DNA from: Podarcis tiliguerta
Taxonomy: Eukaryota
Strand: one strand, 5' to 3'
Assembly: GCA_965153285.1 (NCBI GenBank)
Contig: OZ229111.1
Length of the DNA stretch: 64,000 bases
Positions 1 to 11,700 of this stretch are shown piece after piece. The stretch's first letter is position 1, and each line of letters opens with the position of its first letter. The position numbers and the translations under genes are program-made. Under the pieces are notes generated by a model, which was not told where the DNA came from, did no database searches, and was given only the letters and a program-made list of their open reading frames with translations.

Positions 1-1505
1 TTTCTGTTTTTCCTATGGTAGTTTTTTTGCTATTTCAGTAATCTGCTCTTGTTTATATAAGTTATTGTATGGTTTATGGTTTTATTATTAAGCCAGTTTG
101 AATGTATCTGTGGAGGAAAGTGAGAAATAAAGAACCACAGTGTGCTTGTGTTGCTTAAAACCCTTATTTCTGCCTTTGAATCTGCTCATTTAATTCTGAA
201 CAATCTTTTACTTCTTGTGTAATAGATGCGGAAGGCTGTTGCTGGACCCCACTTTCATCACTATCTGGTGTTTTCAGAAAGAGGGGATGATGTGTATTTG
301 AATTGGTTTATGGAAGACATTGAGAACACAAGCTACTCATACCATTTGGAAAAACTGAGCATGTGGTTCTCAGCCGGGTGTCATTTTCAATGTCCACAAG
401 GTCATATCATTGATAAAAAAATTGTGTAGCCAAACCACCCGCCCACTCTCACTTCCACTCTATGAAAGATACACATGGTAAGGAAAGGGTTGGCCTCCCA
501 ATTGTTCAGGCCTGTTGTAGCTTTAATTTGGAAATTATGACACTGTATCCATTTATACAAAGCCAGAACTCAACATTTTACAAGCTGATAATTGAACAAT
601 ATTTGTGTGCGGCTTTTTGCCTTTGATTTGTAATGTTTACCTTTTTCTTTTTTGTATTTGCTCCCTCTTCTGTTTAAAAATATATAGATGGTGTTATTCA
701 ACTAACTCAGAGTAAACCCACTGAAATTCCTCACCATGACTAACTTAGGTACAAAGTTAGTTGAATACACACATCCCCCACTGTTTTTTTCTCATACAAC
801 CTACATTAGTTCTTTGGTACAATGTTTGAGGTGCCTCACACAAGACTCTGTCCTGCAAAAAGCTCGGTTTGAGCTGGTCTTAACTGTAGGTCACCCAGTA
901 AAGTCAGGAGCACTGTAGCCTTCTGCTGTGACATGCAGTCTTTCAACCACTGCAGGGGCAGAAAATAAAGGACATGATACTCTGACATAGTGCTGTCAAT
1001 CTATGTTGCTCTGCAAGGCTAAAGCAAACCAGGCTTCACTGTGTCCCCTGCCCATCCACCTCCAATCAAGCATTTATTTACTGCGGCAGAGAAACTCAGG
1101 GTCAGAGTGTAATCCACAATATACCTAAGCAGTTGTACTGATTTTAATAGGACTATTCAGAAATAGGTTGTAGATTGAGGTTACACAGGCATATATGTCT
1201 GGATTCCTACATACACTCAGTCAGAAGGATGCCATATTGACCTCTGTGGGACTTACATGTGACAAATAAATGAAGGGCAGGTTTAGAAAGTTTCCTTTTC
1301 TTACTGAACTTACTGAACTTACATGATCCTGGAAGAGTGTTCTGTACTTGTTGTTGCCATGTTGACCTCTGTGGGACTTACATGTGAGTAAACATACATA
1401 GGGTCAGCTCTTAGAATGTTTAATACTTCTGGGGATTAAGGTAAGAACTGGACATTATATATGCCATTGGCAACTAGATTTGTACACTGAAAATGATTAA
1501 TACTA

Positions 1506-1768
1506 CAGTGGTACCTCGGGTTACATACGCTTCAGGTTACATACGCTTCAGGTTACAGACTCCGCTAACCCAGAAACAGTGCTTCAGGTTAAGAGCAGGT
1601 GCTTCAGGTTAAGAACTTTGCTTCAGGATGAGAACAGAAATTGTGCTCCAGCGGCGCGGCGGCAGCAGGAGGCCCCCATTAGCTAAAGTGGTGCTTCAGG
1701 TTAAGAACAGTTTCAGATTAAGAACAGACCTCCAGAACAAATTAAGTACTTAACCCGAGGTACCACTG
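1506..1768. mobile_element. Non-autonomous Tc1/mariner-Tigger-type MITE
   Basis: Perfect 18-bp TIRs CAGTGGTACCTCGGGTTA / TAACCCGAGGTACCACTG, TA on both flanks (1504-1505, 1769-1770), internal GCTTCAGGTTA repeats. Inserted in a (TAC)n tract. Confidence 0.9.
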
Positions 1769-3039
1769 TACTACTACTACTACTACTACTGGCCATTCAG
1801 AAATAGTTAAGACTATGCAGGAGGGCTTGATGCGGCAAATCTCATTATGATATAAACAAGACACAAGGTAACAGCTACAATCTACTTTGCACCCAGCCAA
1901 ATATGTGTCCCATGTTGCCACCTCACATCCATGCTGTGATCACCATTATTCCTGAAGACATATGCACCTGCAATAATGCACTAGATATACAGTATCTTGG
2001 AGAGCACAGGCAACCACAGCAGAACCCCTGCGCGGTATCCCCATATGTTTACAGAGGCATATCTTAACTTTCATACATGACTGTAAGACACATGGTGGGC
2101 ACATGGGAAAACATGCTTTCTATGCAAAGTGAGAAATGGCCTTCAATCCTTTAAGCTTCTAAAGAGCCCGGAATTCTGTTATCTGCCATCAAGGAATTAC
2201 TTAAGAATAATTGTCTTCTCTGCAGGACATCCACAAAAGGATAACATCGCATAAGAATGGTGGACAAAGCCTGCACTTTACAGGCTGTCAACACCTGTAA
2301 GTCCACAAAAAGAAAATTGGTAATAAGCTCCGCTTTTAGAATAAGTTGGTTGTATTCTCCGCCAACTAGAGCAAGAGGCTACTGGACTCATTGTTTTCTA
2401 GCATAACTGCTCTTAAGTAATCACAGCAAAAGAGCAGCTTGGCTGCAGATGCCAAGACGTGGTCCTGATCCTTGGCACAGCTTGGCTGCCTTTGTCCTTA
2501 CTGTGCTTTGAAAGGTTAGTGATGCACTTATTAAAGCAGATTTCTCTAAATGGGGGGGAGGAGGAGGAAAGGAAACAAAACAACAAACAGCTGGAGGAGG
2601 AAATAGCAGGTCAGGTCCCCGAGGCGCTGGTTTCTGCAGATGGAGAGAAATCTTTCAATGACTCCCATGTGTTTAAAACGCTCTTTTACATGGTGAGAGC
2701 TACAGTGTGTGCTTATCTGTATGTTTCAGACACACATATGAATCCATGTGTATGTACCTGGACATGTAGTGGCGAATTGATAGACATACTTATGTCAAGC
2801 ATTCCATAAGTTTGTCCTGATTTGCACATTTGTATGGCTGGGTGACCCCCCCTTCTGCTCATCTATTTCTGCAGCTGGCAATATGCATGGCAAGTGTGTT
2901 TGTTAGCATGGAACCAAAGTCAGCAAGTATGATTTTATAGGATCACTTCGTGCCGCTGTCCACATGTCTATGCATTCCTGTCTGTGCACTTGTTCTGTGT
3001 TACTGGGATTGTTGCACGGCATTTTCATGCTTCCCTTTC

Positions 3040-3180
3040 TCCAAGGAAGGAAGGGTAGTGTAGGGTCGGGTTTTATCTTCACAGTAACCCAGAAAGGCAG
3101 GTTAGGCTGAGGGATCATGACTTGCCCAAGGGTCACCCACTAAGATAAAAGGTTGGGCAGATATTTGACATCAGCTCTAC
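3040..3180 (-). mobile_element. Degraded Squam3/CORE-type SINE fragment
   Basis: TTTTATCTTCACAGTAACCC...AGGTTAGGCTGAG...GACTTGCCCAAGGGTCACCCA is the reverse complement of the core at 41660-41855. Confidence 0.6.
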
Positions 3181-3679
3181 CCACTATTTATGTTATCTAT
3201 ATGTCTTATGTTGCCCTTGCGTGATCGTCACTACTTTTTATATAGCAGGGATGGTGGACCTCAGTCCTGGGGGTCCTCTTCAGGCCTCTCTTCACGATCT
3301 ACCTGTGGGACATGCCTGCTCTAAGGCATAGGCTTGGAATCACAAAGTCTGCACGCAGGTAGTGGAGTCCACCCCTCTTCCCATGGTTCCATGGAAGAGA
3401 CTATTTCTGGTGCTTCTGGCTTTGCACAGAAAGGACAGCAGGAACTGGAAGAGCATGTTCAGGAGTGAAAAGGGATATAAGCAAGGAAGCGCATTATTCT
3501 ATGGCTGCCACTATTTTTCTGGCAGAGCTCCTGCTTCTCTAACACGGGCAGCGTCGGCAATAAAAATAAAATAAAATCCAACAGGTGAAGCTTTCCCCTC
3601 ATCGAACGTCAGTGTCAGGAAATTGCTCGTTTATGGTATTGTCCCGTTGTTGTTGTTGTTGTTGTAGCAGTAGTTAAGC

Positions 3680-5160
3680 ACACACAGAACCGGCGTCCTC
3701 AAAAGAGAAGACTCCAGACTCCCTTTGCCTGAGGAAGCCATTTGCCTTTATAATAATAGCAAGGCGGTGGTGGAGCCTCTCACCTGCTCCTTGCCGCGTT
3801 TCCCCCGTCCCACAACGCTGCGTCTGCCCATCGCCTCCCTCAGCAAACTTCTCGGCCTCCCACGGGGAGCCCATCATTCAATCTGACTCGCGACGTGATT
3901 TCTCCCGCCGTCCAGCCCCCCCGCCCGCCAACTTCGCTCTAATTGCGCGCGCTCCCCTCACACACCTTGTCACGCTCCTGCCCACCCCGTCGTCGAAGAG
4001 CTTTTATGTTTCCCCACGCCCACCCCCGTCTCCCGCCGCTATCCCTTGGCGGGTGAGGGAGAAACTCCGCTTTCCGACCAAGCAAGCCCCACCCCACACT
4101 CGGTGCCCTTCTCGTCGTCGTCCCCTTTCTTCACACTTTCCCCCCTTTGCCCACCAGCCCGCCCGCCACCATCGCTCCCCGCCCCCGCCGCGCGTTTCCC
4201 GCCTTCCTTCCGCCCCTCACACCGGCTGGGCTGCCTCGCGCAAAGACGGAGCAGCTCCCGGCCGAGCTGCTGCGCCGGGGCAAACTTGGCCAAGCCGCTC
4301 CAGCGGGATTTGCTCCCGGCAGCGGGAGGAAAAGGAAAGGGAAGCGCGCCTGAGGCATCGAGAGAGCGCGTCCGCTCTGCTTGAGGCGGACGGAGGAGGC
4401 ACAGCCTTGCGCCGGCCGTCGAGTAGAAGCAGCCGCGGAACCCCCGTGGCCAGACGTGGCTTCGCCTGCTGCCGCAGCCCCTTCGCTGGAAATGAAGAGA
4501 GTGTGCACGCTCTCCCTCTGGCTCTGGATCGGCATCGTCTCGGAAGCAGGTGAGTGAGCGCAGGCGCGCCTTCGACGGAGCGCACGCTGGGGGCGCCGCG
4601 CAAGCCGAGGAGCTGCTGTGGGCTGGGAAGGGATGGGACGGGGCGGGTGGCGGCGGGCATCGCCTGGCTGCAGGATGAACCGGGGTGGAAAGCTCCAGCC
4701 CAGCAACTCCGCGCTCCCTCCGCCCGCGTGCGCGGAGTTGCGCCAGCGGCTCCCGACCGCCTGGCACCGGCGGGGACGGGCATCCCCTGGCTCCTCTCAC
4801 CCTTCTGCTGCTCTTTGCATGCTCTCCGTGGCCTCGGTCCCCAACCTTGCCTTTTGCCTCCCTTTCTAGATAATATTTGGCACTTTTCAGCTCTCCCCGC
4901 TTTTATCGCTTCTTTGGATTCTGAGTCCCCAGCTGTGCGCTCTTCCTCTGTCCCTTCATTCCCTTTCACATCCCTTTCCCTCTTTTGTTCAACTCCGCCG
5001 CTCTCCGGGCAAAGCATCTGCCAACTTAGTAGTACTGTACCCGCTTCCTTCGACTACTTGTTCATCTTTTTCGACTTCAGCTGGATGACCGAGCGCCATT
5101 CAACCACCAGAGGGCACTCTTGGGTGACTAATCTTTTCCTCCAGCTGCACGCAAAGTTCG
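3680..5160. promoter_or_regulatory. FLT4: CpG island / TATA-less GC-box promoter and 5' UTR of FLT4
   Basis: Abrupt rise in GC and CpG density against CpG-depleted flanks, many CCGCCC boxes, no TATA box seen. It spans coding exon 1. Boundaries estimated by eye; TSS not determinable. Confidence 0.85.
4492..4549 (+). CDS. FLT4: VEGFR3 exon 1 (signal peptide MKRVCTLSLWLWIGIVSEA)
   Basis: ATG at 4492 with G at -3, 58 coding nt, donor CAG|GTGAGT. Hydrophobic leader like avian VEGFR3; size equals human coding exon 1 as recalled. Confidence 0.95.
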
Positions 5161-5449
5161 GGCAGGAAAGGGGACTTTAGACATCCCTTTGGTTTAACCC
5201 CGCAACAGGGATCAAACCTGAGCTGGTTCCTCAGGAAGTGCCTTCTGGTGTGATCCTGTACAGTTTATCCTGCCTTTGTGTTGGTTTTTTTCTTTCTTTT
5301 CCTTTTTAATGCATTGCCTGTTGTTTGTGTGCTATGATATATAGTCTGTGTGCAGACACATAAGTTGGTTCAAGTTACTGCATTTATCACCAAAACACAT
5401 TGACTGGCCCAACATTAGGGCTGCCGTCCCAAAGTGAACAAAGTGGGAC

Positions 5450-5636
5450 CATAGGAGCCAACTCCTAGGGACTGAGGTCCCTTCACCCTCCCCCAATAAA
5501 ATATTGGAGCCCCCCTCCCCATTGATCAACATCACCATTCAAATGGTGTGTGCACACTGCTTCTTGCTATTGATTATGTGGGGTGGGGCTTACCTCCCCC
5601 CCCCCCCCCAATATTTCATTCAAGTTAGAACCCCTG
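5450..5636 (-). mobile_element. hAT-type MITE, copy 1 (same family as 23188-23376)
   Basis: Imperfect TIRs CATAGGAGCCAACT / AGTTAGAACCCCTG, 8-bp flanks AGTGGGAC / AATGGGAC (7/8). Body is the reverse complement of 23188-23376. Confidence 0.8.
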
Positions 5637-7345
5637 AATGGGACTTTCCTTCTGAGTAGATCTATACTGGCTGAGACTGCATGAGATGCCTGTCAGACTT
5701 GGGAGTAGGGAGGTGGTCTGCCTGCATGTCGGAGCTACTAATAAAATAAAGCTGTAGGTAACATTTGCTGAGATGCAGAAAATGTTTCCGTGGAGGAGGA
5801 CTATGACACATGATTTGCTAGCGTTCAGGTGGGAGGCTATAAGGAACCAGAGAGACCACAGCAAAAGTCATAGTGCAGGAAGCTTTGCAAGCGGTAAGAT
5901 CAATTTTTGCAGCATAAGACCAATTTCTATAATCACAGCTCCATGATTCATCACTGTTGTGGTGTATTGTTTATTCCACACAAAAAAGTGATTTAAAAGC
6001 AGGGTCTTAAGCATCTGAGAGGTATAGAATGCAGCACCATGCTCATTGCAAATCCAGACAGCTGCTGCTCAGCAAAGGTGCTTTTAAGGCATAGTGCTTT
6101 GCAGCTGGAATTGGACATTGTGATGAATTATTTGTGGGTGATGTTACCTTTCTCCTACTAACCTAATGGGTCTGAACAAGGCTAATACACACTGAGTTGC
6201 TGCCTCTGGGGTGGAGTGCACACAAGCAGCGCACATGCTTGGTTTTCCATGTCCAAGCATAAGAACTGAGTTGATATAATGCTCCCTTCATAAGGATCAG
6301 AGTTTCTGTGAGGCAGGAGGGCAGTGTGGATTGAGAACACTACCTTTCCTAAATGAATAGCTAGAAAGGAATGAAGAATAAACAGGTGTGAGATAAATCT
6401 GGCATAGGGGCTTGAATGTGTTCAGAAAACCGATGGTGGTGATGTTCAAACCCAGGTTCAGCCATGAAGCTCACCTGGTGACTTTGGAGTACATTAGTTT
6501 CAATGGCACACAATTTTTTATAGTAGCTTTAACACTCTTTATCTGTCTCTTATGCTATCATGAATGTCTTATGATTAGGTGCCACTATTGGCATACTTAG
6601 CTTTGATCTGTAAATATTTCCTTTTACATCCAGACAGTATTGCACCATAGTTCAGGGGTGGGGTAGGTGATTTTAGCCGGTCACTTTGTCAGCCTGTCCT
6701 ATCTCACTGGGTTATCGAGAGGATAAAGCAGGAGAGATGAGGAGATCCATACATATTCCCTGTGTGGCGGGGTAATCATCACACATAATGTTAAGAAATG
6801 TTAAGTCTTGTGGTTTGGGTGAGCAGGTTTACAGACTCCTGTATTTGGGCTCTTTATAATAGGGATGTCTAAACTGTGGCCTTTCAGATGTTGTTGGACT
6901 ACAGATCTCATCAGCCCCTGGCAGTAGTGGGGGGGGGATCACAGGGGTGGTTGCCCCGGGTGCAAAATTCTTAGGGGTGCAACATTTCAACACCCGGTAC
7001 TGCCTCAATGCAGTGCATGCTTCCATTGCTGAGTTCTGTTGAAAATGGCTTCTCCATGCAAACCAGGACGTGTCCTCTCCAGGCAGCGGAATTATTTCTC
7101 TTTTCTTAATCTCTGCAGCTGTGATCTCCTGGGTGCCATGGTGTCATTAGGAATGTGCATGCGTACTCTGTCCTTTTCCCTCCCTCCTTCCCTCCCTTGT
7201 CAGGCCCTGGGCACTGGCAACCCACGCTATGCCAATGCCTACCCGCATAGGACAAGGCCCATTCTTTGTTGCCTCCTTATTTTGTACGATAGGTTGTAAA
7301 TAAACATGCACAGTTGGTTCTCCTCAGGCCCATCCAGCCACTTGG

Positions 7346-7855
7346 TTAAGGGTGCACCAATTTCTTTGGCCTGCAGTACATAGCTGGACTGCAGATCATA
7401 CTGACTCGCCTGGCTCCATGGATCAAGTCTCCATTTACAGTGAGAGTGCTAAAAGCATCCTTTTGGCACGAGGCCAAGTAAAACTCAAACCTACCGCTTC
7501 CAGGAATGTAGCTGAGGGAGGCAGACAAATCCTTGTAGCAGACGTAGTGGAGCATGCTGACATGATTGCAGAGGGCATATGGAATATATTATTGCCGCAC
7601 TTTTCCCCGATAGATCCCCAATTGCCGCAGCACCTGCTGCAAGGACGACGCTTGACACAATGTGTTAACCAGATACCCCCTGCTCCTTGTAGCCTGGGAC
7701 TTGGTGCTAGGCATTCCGATGGATTGCAGCACGATCATAATTTCTCCTCTGTGGGCATAGAAATACTTCTGCAGCTGCTCTGATATCCAGTGACTGTTTA
7801 AATTAATCCCAGGATTTTTATTGCCTCTGGCTATCTTAAAGCTTTGTTTCTTATT
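7346..7855 (-). pseudogene. Unidentified decayed coding fragment (169 codons, one internal stop)
   Basis: Minus frame is open from 7855 to TAA at 7346-7348 except for one TAA at 7589-7591. Third positions are C/G-rich. The + strand ORF 7352..7783 is its in-register antisense shadow. Confidence 0.55.
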
Positions 7856-8069
7856 TCAAGCTGCTAATGAGGTGGGTTGTGTTAGTCCCCTTGGTGGATT
7901 TCTCCTAAGGTCAAAACTGTAATGGTGCTTAATGAATTGCAGTGGTATCATTGCTCCTCCAAAGTGCCTCGTCATTAAAAGGACACAGCCAGGCTCAGTG
8001 CCTAGGCTGGCTTTGTGTTCTAAGCCTGGCTCTATTGAGCGGCAGAGGAAGCCTCTCGGGCACCTGGGG

Positions 8070-8330
8070 CGGTGCGCCCATAGGGGCAGGGCGAACCGCC
8101 CATAGGGACGGCACGGGGCATGTGGAACCCATAGGGACGGGGTGCACAGCTCTCATAGGGAGGAACAGGGTGCACGGCACCCATGGGGGGGGGACAGGGC
8201 GGAGAGCACAGTGCCCTTAGGGAGGGATGGGATGGGGTGTGCAGCGCCCACAGGGACGGGATAGGGCATGAGATGCCCTTAGGAAGGAACAGGACAGGGT
8301 GCGGGGCACCCATAGGGATGGGATGCACCA
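8070..8330. repeat. Degenerate GC-rich minisatellite with CCCATAGGG core
   Basis: About nine variants of CCCATAGGG(A/G)CGGG spaced ~22-35 bp apart. Confidence 0.75.
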
Positions 8331-8549
8331 CGAGGGCCAGGGCCTCAGCCGCCCTATAGCTGGTGGGGAGGCAGCGGGCGGACATCGTGGAGCCTGTGAG
8401 TGCCCAAAACACGCTGCAGGCCCTGTAGTGAGTGCTCCCCACCATTTTGTCACCCCCCTCAGTGGGGGACACCTGGGGTAGACCGTACCTACCGCACCCC
8501 CTTGCTACACCCCTGGTTCTACCCCCTCACAAAAATAAGTCTACATATA

Positions 8550-8710
8550 CTCACATGCTTTGCATCCAGAAGGTCCCCCCACACTTTGCCAGTAGGGTTG
8601 TTAAAAGTCAGAAAAGTCAGAAACGCTGGAGAACCATTATTAGTCAGTGTAGACAATACAGTGTAGGCTGTAATGGTCTGACTCGGTATAAGGCAGGTTC
8701 CTATGCTCCT
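8550..8710 (+). mobile_element. Degraded tRNA-derived squamate SINE (Squam2-like)
   Basis: GCATCCAGAAGGTCCC...CTGGAGA...GTCAGTGTAGACAATAC...GGTCTGACTCGGTATAAGGCAGGTTCCTATG; same family as 42088-42180 and 47488-47667. Confidence 0.65.
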
Positions 8711-11700
8711 ATTGTGAGTGCAGACAGCTTACAAAGGGAGATTTCCAGTCCACCGTCCCAACTTATAATTCCTCAGTCCTTTTAGTTTTCTTCTTCTTCT
8801 TGCAATAGCCTTCTCATGTTACACTTGAATAAGACATTCAAAGCCAGCTCAGCACAGTTGTGGCTACTTGGCAGTGAGGCCAAACCAAGAGATGATGGAA
8901 AATCCAAAACAAGCTAGCAAGTGTCCAAATGGAATTCCAGTTATTGTGCTACAGTCCATTGATGCCCTTCATAAAAAAGAGACAAAGATAATATTGCTGC
9001 AAAATCAGAAGGATATCATGAATCACCAGCCACTGGAGAGACAAGAAAGAATGCAACGTTGTGTAATGCAAAAAGGGCAGAACCTGGCGAACTAACTTAT
9101 TGAATCTGCCCCCCTCACATTCTGCAACTGCAGTCATTCACTTGCCCTTCTGACTATTTCCAGTATTTTAAACAGTATTGTTTTTCCACAGTTACTCCTC
9201 CTATATAAATAATGCCTCTTTATTTCTCTCCACCTGTGTTATGAATTTACAGCGAAGATTTATCCCCCTTTCCTCCCTAAAAAACCCCAAGTTATCTGAT
9301 CAGACAGGAAAAAATAATAACCCAGTATGTTATTCACAGAAAAGAGAGTGGACCTTCTGGAATTTATCTTTAGACATTAGGAAGTTTCTAAAGGATACAG
9401 GGATTACCTTTTCATAGAAGTAAACCTAGAGTTCGCCAGATGTCAGTTTAGTCCGTTAATGGCTTCATAATAGGAAACAACCTGTTCAGCATACTGTTCA
9501 GTGTGTGAGTATGGTTGTTACATAGACAAGCAACTGTAAACCTGTCTATAAGGAGATAAAATAATCACTGAATGCTTTCAAGACATGCATATGCTTAACT
9601 TCCTGGCATGAACTTAATAGAGGTACATAGTCAACTGTTTGCTGTTACAAATGGGTTAAATTTATACACTGCTGAGATAGGCGTGCACTGAACTGAAGTT
9701 GGGTGATACATTATAGAGATAAAACTGTGCCAATATTATGCTCTCTGAACTTTATGTAAAACTGAGTCACGCACTATGATTAATCCAGGTATCTGCAGGT
9801 CCCTGGCTTTTAACAGGTAGCCTGCAAAGAGTTAAGTGAAGATGCTTAGCTATGATGCCAGGCATGATGTCCAAGCCTTTGCTGGCGGAGGTCAGCAGTG
9901 GTTCATGGGAAAGGAAAAATTGGCAGCTGGGCCGGATGTCCTGCATTTCCCCTCTTCCTGCAGCCGCCTGAACTGCGGTCCTTATTTAGCTTTCCTGATG
10001 GGCAGGAGGAATCCGATGGCGGAAACTGTCATAGCCTGATAACAGTTCAGGGACCCCTTTATGATGGGTGTCTAGGTAGGCAATGGGTCAGTTTTCATTT
10101 TGGTGAGGATGGGGGAGGAGAACAGCATGCCAGGCCAACTCAGGCATGATTGACACTGGCCTTTTAATATGCATTTTCCAGGGGGAGAAAGTATCTGGAC
10201 TTCAGTGTGTTGATCTGCTCACTTACTTGTACACAAATCACGCTGCATTTCTAGTCTGAAAATAATCCAACAATGAAATGATGACGTCTTTCAAGGAGGT
10301 GTTTTTTCCCCCTTTCTGTGGGCGGTTGAGCCAGCTGACTCAGGGAGGAGTTCATGGGGAGAGGGGGATCCTGGAGTAGAGCCTTCTGGCTGGAGTCCAG
10401 GCCCGGGCAGAGTTTTCCACTGACTTATGGTGACAATGTGTCAGCAAGGCCAGCAATAACAATGGCATGGTACATGGTGACGCAGGGCTTGTCAGAAGTG
10501 AGAGGCAGTCAAGAAGGAATCTCTGTACAAGCAGCATGAACAAAACATTCGGACGTGTATTTTCACCATACATGGTGCTTTGATATGATCTGTGTACTAG
10601 AGTCTACGTTTACAGTTACATACAAAACAAACCCGTATTAGAACTGCTGAAGTAAATATATTTCCAATAAAAGCAACTCCACTATATTTGTATTGACTTC
10701 TGCCATTTTTTCATGGAGCAACATGCTCCATGAGAATGGTCATCATATGCACACTTAGCTATTCCTTTACCCCATGTATCAATCTCCATTTGGAGAATGA
10801 AACCTCAGCACAGAACAGCTTAAACTTCAGGTCAGAGGTAGGCAAGCACTGATGATTTGGGGGGTAGCTATGGTGAAATTCATTGTGGACATCCTAATGA
10901 TCACCAGTGTTTGCCCAACTTTGACTTGAAGCTTAAGCATTTCTGTATCGGTGGTTTAATTTTCCATGTGGTGACTGATACATTAAAAATAATAATCCAA
11001 GAAAGGCTGCTTGAAATAAGAGATAGGAAACGTGCTCCAATTTCCACTTCACTGAAGAGGGCAAAGTTACTCTGGATTTAAAACAAGACAAGATGGGGCA
11101 TGCAATTTTGCAAACATATCCAATTAGCATAACTCATGTTGTTCACCAAATGTTGGTCTTTCTGGCTGCAGAATTGTAAACTGCACATTAGTAGGCAAAC
11201 ACAGGTTCCCAGTTTGCCTAATACTGTTAATGAATGGATAGGCAGGGCATTAGCAAGGGAGTGTTACTGGGCAAGAGTGAGTGCTTAAACATTTTCAGCT
11301 CACCAATGTCCCCCATAACCCTTCTCTCCCACCAGTTCCCCACCCCTCTCTTTCTCTCCCAGCTCCCTGCTTTGCCCAGGTGGCTCCAAGGCCATGCATT
11401 AGCCCATCAGTCAAGCAACAAGTCCAGGAGAATGGTTGTAGGGAAAGGCTAAGCACTTCCAGCCTCTGATTCTCTTCTGTAAATACCCGCTGCTGCATCA
11501 CTGTTGACTTTGCTTGCTGAGTTAAATTGTACATATACCCCGACTTTATGTATTAACAGTGCACAGGATTGTTTGAGTTGCTTCAATAAACCTCTAAAAG
11601 GGAACATGGAAATAAGTGACTGTTATGTCCAACAATGGCTGCGCGCACATTACCCTGGCTCCAGTGTGCTCTCATTCTGGAGGTACACCTGACATTAGCC

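Larger units (their letters stand above)
6920..8515. mobile_element. Putative ~1.6 kb non-autonomous hAT-like element with internal cargo
   Basis: Right end ...CCGCACCCCCTTGCTACACCCCTG. Degraded left end ..TGGCAGTAGTGGGGGG..CAGGGGTGGTTGCCCCGGGTGCAA resembles its inverted counterpart. More GC/CpG-rich than the flanks. No TSD found and the left boundary is uncertain. Confidence 0.5.

Noticed and set aside
4039-5180. Cluster of long overlapping ORFs (up to 266 aa) on both strands
   Set aside because: Expected stop-codon scarcity in a CpG island, with low-complexity P/A/R/G products. The real coding part is only the 58-nt exon 1.
7352-7783. 143-aa + strand ORF as a gene
   Set aside because: It starts at GTG and is in exact antisense register with the minus-strand frame that has the coding-like codon bias, so it is treated as a shadow ORF.
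10703-10740. Short hairpin TCATGGAGCA-aca-TGCTCCATGA
   Set aside because: The same 15-mer recurs at 55708-55722, suggesting a dispersed repeat core; too short for a structural RNA call.
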